Shown here piece after piece: positions 28,427 to 37,121 of a stretch of 64,000 bases of DNA. Origin of the DNA: Spirochaetia bacterium (GTDB lineage Bacteria; Spirochaetota; Spirochaetia; CADAEX01). Under the pieces are notes generated by a model that made no database searches, was not told the origin of the DNA, and worked only from the letters and a program-made list of their open reading frames with translations. The position numbers were made by a program, and so were the translations under genes. The stretch lies in NCBI GenBank assembly GCA_963662795.1, contig OY759746.1, positions 3,200,001-3,264,000 of the forward strand, given 5' to 3'. The first letter of the stretch is position 1, and the number at the start of each line of letters is the position of its first letter.

Positions 28427-29302
28427 ATGAGAAAACCTGTTTATGAAATAGCAGCTGTTCATGATTTATCAGGTTACGGCAGGTGTTCACTTACTGTCGC
28501 TATTCCTATTCTGTCCTGTATGGGAATGCAGGTGTGTCCTCTGCCTACATCCATTCTTTCAACCCATACGGGCGGTTTCAGGGATTACACTTTTTTTGAT
28601 TTTACTGACCAGATGCAGGGGATAATTGACCACTGGAAAAAGCTGGATATCAGTTTTGACGCTATCTATACAGGCTTTCTGGGTTCATCAAGGCAGATAG
28701 ACATAATCGCGGATTTCATTGACCGTTTTCATCATGATAATCTTCTTGTTGTTGTTGATCCAGTTATGGGCGATGAGGGCGAGCTTTATGATACTATCGG
28801 CACACCTATTGTCGAGGGGATGAAAAAGCTTGTTAAAAAGGCTGACCTCATTACACCCAATATTACAGAAGCCGCTATTCTGCTTGGTGAGAAAAATTAC
28901 GGTAAACTTACTGTCAAAGAGATTAAAGAGATTCTTGAAAAATTGTCTGATATCGGCCCGGGGATGGTAGTTGTAACAAGTGTGATATGTGAAAATGAAA
29001 AACATCCGGTTGTTGTCGCTTATAAAAGGAAAAGCGGAAGATACTGGAAAATACGCAGCGATTACTTCCCTGTCTATTATCCCGGTACCGGCGATATTTT
29101 TTCAAGCATAATGACAGGGTGTATCCTCAGGGGCGACAGTCTTCCTGTATCAGCCGCTACAGCTGTCGAGTTTATCTCGGCGGCAATAAAGGAAACCTAC
29201 GGCCACGATCTTCCGCCCCGCAACGGCATAATGTTTGAGAAGGTCCTTAACCTCCTCGCAGGTACAAAGCTTTCAGGATTTTTGAATATTTCAGCATTAT
29301 GA
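28427..29302 (+). CDS. pdxK: Pyridoxamine/pyridoxal kinase
   Basis: HDLSGYGRCSL, LSTHTGGF, YTGFLGS, VDPVMGD.G, ITPNITEA, GTGD.F. Confidence 0.88.
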   Translation: MRKPVYEIAAVHDLSGYGRCSLTVAIPILSCMGMQVCPLPTSILSTHTGGFRDYTFFDFTDQMQGIIDHWKKLDISFDAIYTGFLGSSRQIDIIADFIDRFHHDNLLVVVDPVMGDEGELYDTIGTPIVEGMKKLVKKADLITPNITEAAILLGEKNYGKLTVKEIKEILEKLSDIGPGMVVVTSVICENEKHPVVVAYKRKSGRYWKIRSDYFPVYYPGTGDIFSSIMTGCILRGDSLPVSAATAVEFISAAIKETYGHDLPPRNGIMFEKVLNLLAGTKLSGFLNISAL

Positions 29303-30162
29303 TAGTAACAGATTTTGACGGCACATTATTCAGCGATTCTCACAGTTTCAACGATAAAGACCTGGCAACACTAAAGTATCTTGGCGAAAAGGGAATATTA
29401 CGGGTAATTGCGACAGGAAGGTCGCTTTTCTCCGCAAACAAAGTCATACCGCCTGATTTCCCGATCGACTATCTGGTGTTTTCTTCAGGCGCAGGAATAA
29501 TGGAATGGAAAAGCAGGGAAATAATCAGTCTCTTCTCTCTCAAGAGGTCCCAGATAAAGGCAGCCTCCGAAATACTTATCAGCGGCGCTTTTAATTTTAT
29601 GCTGCATAAGAAAATCCCTGATAATCATTTTTTTTATTACTGCCGCCATACCGGCGATGACGATGATTTTGATAGAAGGTGCAGATTATATACCGGCTAT
29701 TCAATGGAGTGGGATGAGAGTGCCGTAGAAGCAATGGAAGAGGCTTGTCAATTTGTCGTAATAATTCCTTATACTGACAATGCTGATCCTCTCTCGAGAT
29801 TCAGCGTATTAAAAAGCGCTCTTGATGAGCAGGGAAATCTGCATATCATAAGGGCAACATCCCCGATTGATAAAAAAACACTATGGATAGAGATTTTTCC
29901 GGCAGGAGTTTCAAAGGCACACGCGGTAAAAACCATTGCGGATATAAAAGGGATAGATTATAAATATATTGCCGCTGTGGGCAACGATTTTAACGATCTG
30001 GATATGCTTAGGTGGGTAAAAAACAGTTTTGTTGTTGAGAATGCTCCTCCCGAGCTTAAAAAAGAGTTTGTAAACGTCAGGTCAAACAATGACTGCGGAT
30101 TTACCGAGGCGGTAGAAAAATGGAAGGTCCTTCACAATAAAGGTAATACGGAAACTTTATAA
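29299..30162 (+). CDS. Cof-type HAD hydrolase (subclass IIB)
   Basis: DFDGTL, ATGRS, VSK, GNDFNDLDML. Confidence 0.9.
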   Translation: MIVTDFDGTLFSDSHSFNDKDLATLKYLGEKGILRVIATGRSLFSANKVIPPDFPIDYLVFSSGAGIMEWKSREIISLFSLKRSQIKAASEILISGAFNFMLHKKIPDNHFFYYCRHTGDDDDFDRRCRLYTGYSMEWDESAVEAMEEACQFVVIIPYTDNADPLSRFSVLKSALDEQGNLHIIRATSPIDKKTLWIEIFPAGVSKAHAVKTIADIKGIDYKYIAAVGNDFNDLDMLRWVKNSFVVENAPPELKKEFVNVRSNNDCGFTEAVEKWKVLHNKGNTETL

Positions 30163-30176
30163 AAAGGCAGGTTTAT

Positions 30177-30710
30177 ATGTCAGATGTATCAATCTTTGAC
30201 AATGCAATAAGAAAGGTAAAGGATTTTCCAAAAAAAGGGATATTGTTTTACGATATAACAGGCCTGCTGATTAAACAGGATGCATTCAGCTACTGCATGG
30301 AAAAAATGGTGAAGCTTTATGAGAACAGGGGCATAACAAAAATAGCTGCAGTAGAAGCGAGGGGTTTTATATTCGCATCCCCTCTTGCGTTAAGGCTTAA
30401 TGTCCCTCTTCTTCTTGTCCGCAAGAAGAACAAACTCCCCGGTGAAAAACTGACAAAAAGTTATTTACTTGAATACGGCGAAGATTCAATTGAAATACAT
30501 AAAAACGATATAGCTCCCGGTGATAATATTCTTGTTGTTGATGACCTTATCGCAACCGGCGGAACAATAAAAGCTGCCTGCGAACTTCTTGAATCTGCCG
30601 GAGCTTCCATAGAAGAGATTTTTGCGGTAATCGGCCTCCCATTTCTTGACTATAACAAGAAACTTACCAGATACCGGATTAGTACTTTCATTAATTATGA
30701 AAGCGAATAA
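30177..30710 (+). CDS. apt: Adenine phosphoribosyltransferase
   Basis: DFPKKGILFYDIT, EARGF, RKKNKLP, LEYG, VVDDLIATGGT. Confidence 0.96.
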   Translation: MSDVSIFDNAIRKVKDFPKKGILFYDITGLLIKQDAFSYCMEKMVKLYENRGITKIAAVEARGFIFASPLALRLNVPLLLVRKKNKLPGEKLTKSYLLEYGEDSIEIHKNDIAPGDNILVVDDLIATGGTIKAACELLESAGASIEEIFAVIGLPFLDYNKKLTRYRISTFINYESE

Positions 30711-30767
30711 ACAGCGCCGCTGCAGTAAATGCAGCAGAAACGGTACTGAAAAAAATAAGGGCAGATA

Positions 30768-30796
30768 TTGACATAAAACTGATATTTGGATATTTT
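30768..30796 (+). promoter_or_regulatory. Sigma70 promoter of the tRNA-Gln/tRNA-Glu pair
   Basis: TTGACA (30768-30773)-N17-TATTTT (30791-30796), 14 nt before tRNA-Gln. Confidence 0.65.
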
Positions 30797-30810
30797 AAGA
30801 ACGAATTTAT

Positions 30811-30881
30811 TGCCCGATAGTGTAACGGTAACACTCATGATTCTGGATCATGTTTTGGGGGTTCAAATCCTCCTCGGGCAG
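30811..30881 (+). tRNA. tRNA-Gln(CTG)
   Basis: Acceptor TGCCCGA/TCGGGCA, anticodon arm CATGA-TTCTGGA-TCATG, T-loop GTTCAAATC. CCA not encoded. Confidence 0.95.
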
Positions 30882-30894
30882 AAAAATCTGATAG

Positions 30895-30966
30895 GGCCCC
30901 TTCGTCTATCGGTTAGGACAGGAGATTCTCATTCTTCAAAGAGGGGTTCGATTCCCCTAGGGGCTA
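30895..30966 (+). tRNA. tRNA-Glu(CTC)
   Basis: Acceptor GGCCCCT/AGGGGCT, anticodon arm GGAGA-TTCTCAT-TCTTC, T-loop GTTCGATTC. CCA not encoded. Confidence 0.95.
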
Positions 30967-30968
30967 TT

Positions 30969-31006
30969 AAAAACCTGTTCAGTAATTGCTTATTGAACAG
31001 GTTTTT
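30969..31006. repeat. 38-bp direct repeat, copy 1 (terminator hairpin of the tRNA operon)
   Basis: AAAAACCTGTTCAGTAATTGCTTATTGAACAGGTTTTT with 13-bp perfect inverted arms; identical to 37030-37067. Confidence 0.93.
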
Positions 31007-31429
31007 GTTTCTGCACTGCGTTTGTAATACCAAATTATTCTACTTTTTATTCACTGATAATCAGTGTAATAATTGTCTTAACTATTATCTGCTCTGTCAA
31101 TTTACATAACGAATATTTTTTTCAGAGAAAGGTCTCCGGTTTATTTTTGTATCAATATAGGTCTTACCGTAAAATCAAAAGTTTTTCCGGTATTGTATGA
31201 GTAAAAATACCTGGATTACTGTGAAATATAAGACAAATTGAATATTGAATAAAAAATGTATAGAGAGAATCCTGATTTGGAGTTAACATATCAATGAAAC
31301 ATTATGCCTTTAATCAGCTTAGAAGCGGCAGTTAATATATTTCATAGTTAAAATTATAAATAGTAAACTGAATATACGCTTCATATCCTCATTCTTTTGA
31401 TGAATACAACAGGTGATAAGGAGAAATAA

Positions 31430-33298
31430 ATGAGTCGTATCTGCTATGCAGCATATAATGAAGATTTCATTAAACTGGCAGAAGGAATATTTAAAAAGCT
31501 GGGTAAAGATGTTGACATTCAGATATATGATCCTGGAAATCCCGGAGAGCTTGAGAAAAAAGGCCTCAGGGTCCTTATGGCACGCGGAGCAACCGCAATG
31601 AAAATAAGAAAAGCAGTGGATCTTCCAGTTGTGGAAATACCTATCCCTTTTGAGGACCTGATTCAGGCTTTAAATACAGCAAGCAGAATTGGCAGGAGAA
31701 TCGGTGTCGTCGGGTCAGGCAATCTTCTGCAGGGTCTTGATAATCTTAATCCCCTTTTAAATGTAAGCATAACTCAGGTTCAGGCAAGAAATGAAGACGA
31801 TACAATCAAGCAAATGCTTAAACTTAAAAATGAAGGCATAGATGTATTCGTAGGAGGGAAACTGCAGGCGCGTATCGCAAAAAAACTGCAGATGAATTAC
31901 GTAAGGATTGATTTCAGCGAAAAAGCGCTTTCTTATGCAATTTCCGAAGCTGAGGCCTTGCTCGATACAACCTTCTGTAATGTGAGAAAAAATGAAGAGC
32001 TTAACGCAGTTCTAAACCATACACAGGAAGGGTATATAGCAATCGATACTTTCGGGACAATTTCAATGATTAATAAAACTGCCCTTAAACTGCTTCCGGA
32101 TAATCAAAACCCCATAGACAACCCTCTTATAGATATTTTTCCTGAGTTAAAAGATCTTCTGGAAGTATTAACAACCGGAACAGCAAGGATGCAGGAGATA
32201 TTATACCTTAAAGGAACATCTGTCCTGTGTGATATGATTCCCCTAAAACTGGGCAACAATGAGAGAATAGGAGCGATTGCAACATTTAATGATACAAAAA
32301 CCATAACTATGGGAGAACAGAAAATCCGGAATAAACTGATGAGTAAGGGATTGATAGCAGAATATCATTTTGATGATATAAAAGGGTGCAGCAGTGAAAT
32401 CAGGGAATGTATTAAAAACGCGAAACTGTTTTCAGCATCAGATTTAACTGTGCTGATAACCGGGGAAACCGGAATAGGAAAGGAATTATTCGCCCAGAGT
32501 ATCCATAATTCAGGAGAAAGAAAAAAAGGGCCTTTTGTCGCTGTGAACTGCGCCTCGCTTCCTGAAAGTATTCTTGAAAGCGAATTGTTCGGATATGAGG
32601 AGGGTGCGTTTACAGGCGCCAAAAAAAACGGAAAACCGGGTCTGTTCGAACTTTCTCACAAAGGAACAATATTTCTGGATGAGATAAGCGAAATGCCACT
32701 GGTACTGCAGGGAAGACTGCTTAGAGTTCTTCAGGAAAGAAAGGTGATGAGACTTGGAAGTGACCGTTTTATCCGGATTGATGTAAGGATAATCGCGGCG
32801 ACCAACAAAAAACTTAGAGAACTTGTAAATGAAAAAAAATTCCGGGCGGATCTTTTTTTCCGGCTTAATGTACTGACATTATTTATACCTCCTCTTAGAG
32901 AAAGACAGGAGGATATTATTGAGCTTTTCATGGAACTCTGGAATTATTCGTCAAAAAGCAGAAAACTTGAAATACTGGACAGTGCTGTAGAAGCGCTGGA
33001 AGAATACAATTGGCCTGGTAATGTAAGACAGCTGAAGAATTTCATTTCAAAGCTGAGTATTATCAACACAGAAGAGGTAATAACAGGGGAGATCATAAAA
33101 ACAATGATAAAAAAATATGAACCCTGTATAGATGAAGAAAAAAAAGAAACAATGTCTTATAAAGGCAGTAAAACAATTTCTGAAAGAGAGGTGAAAGAAG
33201 CCCTGATAAAAGCTGAAGGAAGTCATAGCCGTGCAGCAGAAATCCTTCAGATACACCGGAGTACCTTGTGGAGACTTTGCAGGAAATTTAAGTTCTGA
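31430..33298 (+). CDS. Sigma54-dependent transcriptional activator, PrpR-like (PrpR-N + PAS + AAA+ + Fis HTH)
   Basis: ARGATA...V..PVVEIP (PrpR-N), PAS-like segment, GETGIGKE, ESELFG, GAFTGA, FLDEISE, WPGNVRQL, AAEILQIHRSTLWR. Confidence 0.93.
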   Translation: MSRICYAAYNEDFIKLAEGIFKKLGKDVDIQIYDPGNPGELEKKGLRVLMARGATAMKIRKAVDLPVVEIPIPFEDLIQALNTASRIGRRIGVVGSGNLLQGLDNLNPLLNVSITQVQARNEDDTIKQMLKLKNEGIDVFVGGKLQARIAKKLQMNYVRIDFSEKALSYAISEAEALLDTTFCNVRKNEELNAVLNHTQEGYIAIDTFGTISMINKTALKLLPDNQNPIDNPLIDIFPELKDLLEVLTTGTARMQEILYLKGTSVLCDMIPLKLGNNERIGAIATFNDTKTITMGEQKIRNKLMSKGLIAEYHFDDIKGCSSEIRECIKNAKLFSASDLTVLITGETGIGKELFAQSIHNSGERKKGPFVAVNCASLPESILESELFGYEEGAFTGAKKNGKPGLFELSHKGTIFLDEISEMPLVLQGRLLRVLQERKVMRLGSDRFIRIDVRIIAATNKKLRELVNEKKFRADLFFRLNVLTLFIPPLRERQEDIIELFMELWNYSSKSRKLEILDSAVEALEEYNWPGNVRQLKNFISKLSIINTEEVITGEIIKTMIKKYEPCIDEEKKETMSYKGSKTISEREVKEALIKAEGSHSRAAEILQIHRSTLWRLCRKFKF

Positions 33299-33311
33299 AA
33301 AACTTTTTTAA

Positions 33312-33357
33312 TGTTGCAAAAAACGTTGCAAATGTTTCATGTAAAACATCTGCAACA
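33312..33357 (+). promoter_or_regulatory. Putative enhancer (UAS) for the PrpR-like activator
   Basis: Palindrome GTTGCA-A-ATGTTT-N6-AAACAT-C-TGCAAC (33325-33356) plus an extra TGTTGCAAA half-site at 33312, about 140-180 bp upstream of the sigma54 promoter. Confidence 0.55.
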
Positions 33358-33494
33358 CTATAACTAATGATTTTCAGGACAGACAGCCGCATAATCCCTC
33401 TAGATTATTTATTTTTAAGCCGTTTAAAGCAGAAAAACAGTCAATTATCGTAAAATTATTCAAAATCCCAGATAACCTATCAAAATCTCAAGTT

Positions 33495-33510
33495 TGGCAC
33501 AGTAATTGCT
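33495..33510 (+). promoter_or_regulatory. Sigma54 (-24/-12) promoter of the aldolase-symporter-dehydratase operon
   Basis: TGGCAC-AGTAA-TTGCT matches TGGCAC-N5-TTGCW exactly; 39 nt before the start codon and next to a GAFTGA activator gene. Confidence 0.9.
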
Positions 33511-33549
33511 GTTACTTATGCAATTATAAGAATTATAAAGAGGATAATT

Positions 33550-34581
33550 GTGATTGACTTAAGAAGTGATACTCTGACAAAGCCTACAAAAGCTATGTAC
33601 TCTGCAATGATGAATGCTGAGCTGGGAGATGAAGGAAGACTGACAGATGATAAAAGAGGCGGCGATCCTACAATACGGCTGCTTGAAGACAGGGCGTCTG
33701 AAATAACAGGCAAGGAATCTGCCCTGTTTTGTGTAAGCGGTTCAATGGGAAATCTACTCGCCCTTATGACATATACAAATTATGGTGATTATTGTGCTGT
33801 GAACGAAAATCTTCATGTGTGCCGGAGCGAAAAAGGTATTTTTGCGGACAGACCCGGAGGTATCAAACCGCTTTTTTACGATACTGATTTACTCGGCACA
33901 CCGGATATTGCATCTATTGATGAACTGTTAAATAAAAACAGTGTAAAAGCGGCATGCATTGAAAATACAAATAATTTTTTCGGAGGCACCTGTATAACAC
34001 CCGATTATATCGCAGATATTTCAAAAACCGTAAAGAAATATAATGTTCCTCTTCATATGGACGGAGCAAGATTGTTTAACGCCTCAGTATATCTAAACGC
34101 AGATGCAAAGGAAATTACAAGGCATGTTGATTCAGTGATGTTCTGTATCTCCAAAGGACTTGGAGCACCTGTAGGGTCTCTTCTTTGCGGTAAAAAAGAT
34201 TTTATTGAAAAAGCAAGGGAGAATAAAAAATATTTGGGAGGTGTTGTCAGACAGGGGGGTATTGTAGCGGCTGCGGGGATACAGGCCCTTGATACAGAAA
34301 TACCTCTTTTGAAAATCGATCATGATAACACAAAAATGCTTGCTGACTTGCTGTCTGAAATACCTGAATTGAAGATCAATAAAAAATCTGTACAGACAAA
34401 TCTTCTGAAAATTGACATTTCCGGAACAGGAATGGCTGCTGATATTTTTACAGGGAAGTTAAAGGAAAAAGGATTACTGGTAAATGCTGTTGACTCAGGA
34501 AGTATCAGAATTGTTTTATACAAGGAAATAAACCGCAGACAGGTCGAAGAATCTGTTCAAATTATAAAAAGCTGTTTATAG
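33550..34581 (+). CDS. Low-specificity L-threonine aldolase family protein (LtaE-like, PLP fold I)
   Basis: IDLRSDT.TKPT, SGSMGN, IENTNN..GG, LHMDGAR.FNA, CISKGLGAPVGS, GGVVRQ.G. Confidence 0.88.
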   Translation: MIDLRSDTLTKPTKAMYSAMMNAELGDEGRLTDDKRGGDPTIRLLEDRASEITGKESALFCVSGSMGNLLALMTYTNYGDYCAVNENLHVCRSEKGIFADRPGGIKPLFYDTDLLGTPDIASIDELLNKNSVKAACIENTNNFFGGTCITPDYIADISKTVKKYNVPLHMDGARLFNASVYLNADAKEITRHVDSVMFCISKGLGAPVGSLLCGKKDFIEKARENKKYLGGVVRQGGIVAAAGIQALDTEIPLLKIDHDNTKMLADLLSEIPELKINKKSVQTNLLKIDISGTGMAADIFTGKLKEKGLLVNAVDSGSIRIVLYKEINRRQVEESVQIIKSCL

Positions 34582-34649
34582 CAGCCGAAAAATGTCTCTT
34601 ATATAGAAGGTCAAAATGTACCTTCTAATTTTATATTCAGGAGTACTAT

Positions 34650-35876
34650 ATGTATAAATGGTGGAAAAAACAATCGCTTTCCATGAAAGTCCTAATCGGA
34701 ATGGTTCTCGGTATCGCAGTTGGGATGATATGGGGACCAGGCGCAGTACAAATCAAATTTATCGGCGATATTTTTATTAATTTGCTTCAAATGGCCCTTA
34801 TCCCGATAGTTTTATTTGTAATGAGTTCTGCAATCTGCAGTGCAAAAAATCCTAAAACACTGGGAAACATCGGTGGAAAGGTTATTGCCTATTATATGCT
34901 TACAACAGTATTGGCTGCTGTAGTCGGGCTTGTTGTCGGTAAAGTGCTTCGGCCTGGTGTTGGATTCTCATTTGCAGGTATTTCAACAGAGGGTGTAAAA
35001 CTGGCAGAATTTACATCATTTCAGGATTTTATCCTCGACCTGTTTCCGAAAAACATTATAAGTTCGATGAGCTCTGGGAATGTACTTCATGTTGCTGTTT
35101 TTTCAATCTTCATAGGGCTTGCAGTTGTTTTTATGGGTGAAAAAGGAGAACCAGTAAGAAAGGGTCTCAAGTACATGTCGGATCTTGTACAGTCTCTGGT
35201 CGGAATAATAATTTCCTTTTCACCTATTGGCGTATTCTGTCTGATGGCGGCTACTTTCGGTAAATACGGTTCTTCACTTTTTGGTCCCATAGCTAAACTG
35301 CTTGGAACTTTCTATCTGGGAGCTATAGTACATTTCCTCCTTGTTTATATCCTCCTGCTTTGGATAGTAACTAAAATATCTCCATGGACATTTATCAAAA
35401 AAGCATCTGCATTAATGATTTATACCATGAGTACCTGCAGCAGCACCGCTTCAATTCCTATAAATCTTAAAATAGCAAAAGAGGAATTTAACCTTTCCGA
35501 TGCTGTGGCGAATTTTACAATTCCGCTTGGTTCCCAGATAAATAAGGACGGGAACGGAGTTCTGCTTCCTATCGTTCTTATTTTTACAGCACAGGCGGCA
35601 GGAATTTCAATTTCTATTCCCCAGATGTTCCTTATGGTAGGTTTTGCGGTTCTTGTTACCTTAGGCGGCGGCGGAATTCCCGGTTCTGGTATTGTGAAAA
35701 TTGCTGTACTTGTAGCTGCATTTAACCTTCCGCTTGAAATAGTACCTATTATGGCCGGTTTATACAGACTTGTGGATATGGGTATAACTACTCTTAACTG
35801 CACAGGAGATCTTGCCGGAGCCATAATAATTGACAAACTTGAAGAGAATCGGCTGAAAAAAGAAAAAGTTGCATAG
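34650..35876 (+). CDS. Dicarboxylate/amino acid:cation symporter (DAACS, GltP/SstT family)
   Basis: IGDIFINLLQM, STCSSTASIP, PLGSQINKDG, GIPG, DMGIT.LNCTGD; many TM helices. Confidence 0.92.
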   Translation: MYKWWKKQSLSMKVLIGMVLGIAVGMIWGPGAVQIKFIGDIFINLLQMALIPIVLFVMSSAICSAKNPKTLGNIGGKVIAYYMLTTVLAAVVGLVVGKVLRPGVGFSFAGISTEGVKLAEFTSFQDFILDLFPKNIISSMSSGNVLHVAVFSIFIGLAVVFMGEKGEPVRKGLKYMSDLVQSLVGIIISFSPIGVFCLMAATFGKYGSSLFGPIAKLLGTFYLGAIVHFLLVYILLLWIVTKISPWTFIKKASALMIYTMSTCSSTASIPINLKIAKEEFNLSDAVANFTIPLGSQINKDGNGVLLPIVLIFTAQAAGISISIPQMFLMVGFAVLVTLGGGGIPGSGIVKIAVLVAAFNLPLEIVPIMAGLYRLVDMGITTLNCTGDLAGAIIIDKLEENRLKKEKVA

Positions 35877-35885
35877 ATATTGTTC

Positions 35886-35907
35886 CCCCCTGTTAAAATA
35901 CAGGGGG
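35886..35907 (+). other. Intra-operon hairpin between symporter and dehydratase
   Basis: CCCCCTGT-TAAAAT-ACAGGGGG, 8-bp stem, no long U-tract. Confidence 0.45.
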
Positions 35908-35961
35908 ATTAAGTTATGATAATATAATTAAAAGTTTTTTTGCAAAACAGCTGAGGACGGA

Positions 35962-36921
35962 ATGACCGGAGTTGATGACATTATAAATGCAGAGAAGCAG
36001 ATATCGCCCTATATCAATTTCCAGCCTCTGATTTACAGCAGTTATTTCAGTGAAAAATTCAACAGTAAAATATTTTTTAAACCCGAAAACCTACAGGTAA
36101 CCGGTTCTTTCAAGATTAGGGGTGCTCTTAATAAAATTCTGTCATTAAATGAAAGTGAAAAAAAATCCGGAATAATTACTGCCTCCTCAGGAAATCACGC
36201 ACTGGGGGTTGCGTTCGGCGCAAAACTGACTGGCACAAAGGCTGTTGTTGTAATGCCTGAAAACGCTCAGAAAGCAAAGATTGAAGGAGTTAAAATCCTG
36301 GGGGCTGATGTTGTATTATTTGGACAAACACCTGTTGAAAGGTATGAGAAGGTATTTCAGCTTCAAAATGAATTTGGATATACACTGATACATTCATGCG
36401 ATGATTCAAAGGTGATTGCAGGACAAGGTACAATCGGACTCGAAATTATGAAGGATTTAAATAATGCAGACTCTGTAATAGTACCTCTCGGTGCCGGAGC
36501 TCTTCTTGCGGGAATAGCCTGTGCAGTAAAAAACTATAATCCCAAAATTCGTGTGATCGGTGTTGAACCTGACGCAATTCCCAGATTCACAGTCAGCAGA
36601 AAAGCAAATAAGCCTCAGGATGTCCCATATAATCCGACAATCGCTGACGGTTTAAGAATGACCAGGACTTATCCGCAGCTTTATGAAATGATTGAGAAAT
36701 ATGTTGATGAGATTATAAGCGTTTCAGAGGAGTTCATAAAACAGGCTGCAAGAGAGGTTATTCTGAATGGCAGGCTGGTAGTTGAACCTTCAGGTTCAAT
36801 CGGTCTGGCTGCAATTCTGTCATGCAGATTAAAGCTGAAAATGGGAAGGAAAAATGTAATTGTATTGTCAGGCGGGAATATAGATCCTGTCATTTTATGT
36901 CGATTAATCAGTAATCAGTAA
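35962..36921 (+). CDS. Threonine/serine dehydratase or serine-racemase family PLP enzyme (fold II), no regulatory domain
   Basis: KPENLQVTGSFKIRGA, ASSGNHA, AGQGTIGLEI, PLGAGAL, TIADGL, VVEPSG, LSGGN; 319 aa. Confidence 0.9.
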   Translation: MTGVDDIINAEKQISPYINFQPLIYSSYFSEKFNSKIFFKPENLQVTGSFKIRGALNKILSLNESEKKSGIITASSGNHALGVAFGAKLTGTKAVVVMPENAQKAKIEGVKILGADVVLFGQTPVERYEKVFQLQNEFGYTLIHSCDDSKVIAGQGTIGLEIMKDLNNADSVIVPLGAGALLAGIACAVKNYNPKIRVIGVEPDAIPRFTVSRKANKPQDVPYNPTIADGLRMTRTYPQLYEMIEKYVDEIISVSEEFIKQAAREVILNGRLVVEPSGSIGLAAILSCRLKLKMGRKNVIVLSGGNIDPVILCRLISNQ

Positions 36922-37029
36922 AAATATCAGGGAAACATGGATTTTGAAATCAGCCGTACTACTTCAGCTGTATAATAACTGAAGTTTAAATTGCTGATCA
37001 TATTTATATGTAAAAAAACTTGATAAGAA

Positions 37030-37067
37030 AAAAACCTGTTCAGTAATTGCTTATTGAACAGGTTTTT
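37030..37067. repeat. 38-bp direct repeat, copy 2 (bidirectional terminator between the islet operon and cimA)
   Basis: Identical to 30969-31006; A-tract/hairpin/T-tract between convergent genes. Confidence 0.93.
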
Positions 37068-37121
37068 TTATAATCCCCGGGGTTTTACAGCTATTTCAAA
37101 TCCTGACCCGGTTCATCACGC

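Larger units (their letters stand above)
30969..37067. mobile_element. Putative tRNA-linked genomic islet (~6.1 kb) with no mobility gene
   Basis: Self-contained regulator plus 3-gene catabolic operon between two identical 38-bp repeats immediately after tRNA-Glu. Acquisition is inferred; no integrase seen. Confidence 0.6.

Noticed and set aside
30786-31109. 107-aa ORF in the ORF track
   Set aside because: It runs across the tRNA promoter, both tRNAs and the terminator, and has no protein motifs; spurious.
31007-31429. ~420-bp AT-rich gap at the islet's left end, examined for an integrase remnant or ncRNA
   Set aside because: No ORF with recombinase motifs and no convincing RNA structure seen by eye. 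A translated homology search would be needed to exclude a decayed gene.
33500-33510. 11-bp match CAGTAATTGCT shared by the sigma54 promoter and the 38-bp repeats
   Set aside because: The repeats lack the -24 GG element, so they are not sigma54 promoters. A short AT-rich match is plausibly chance.
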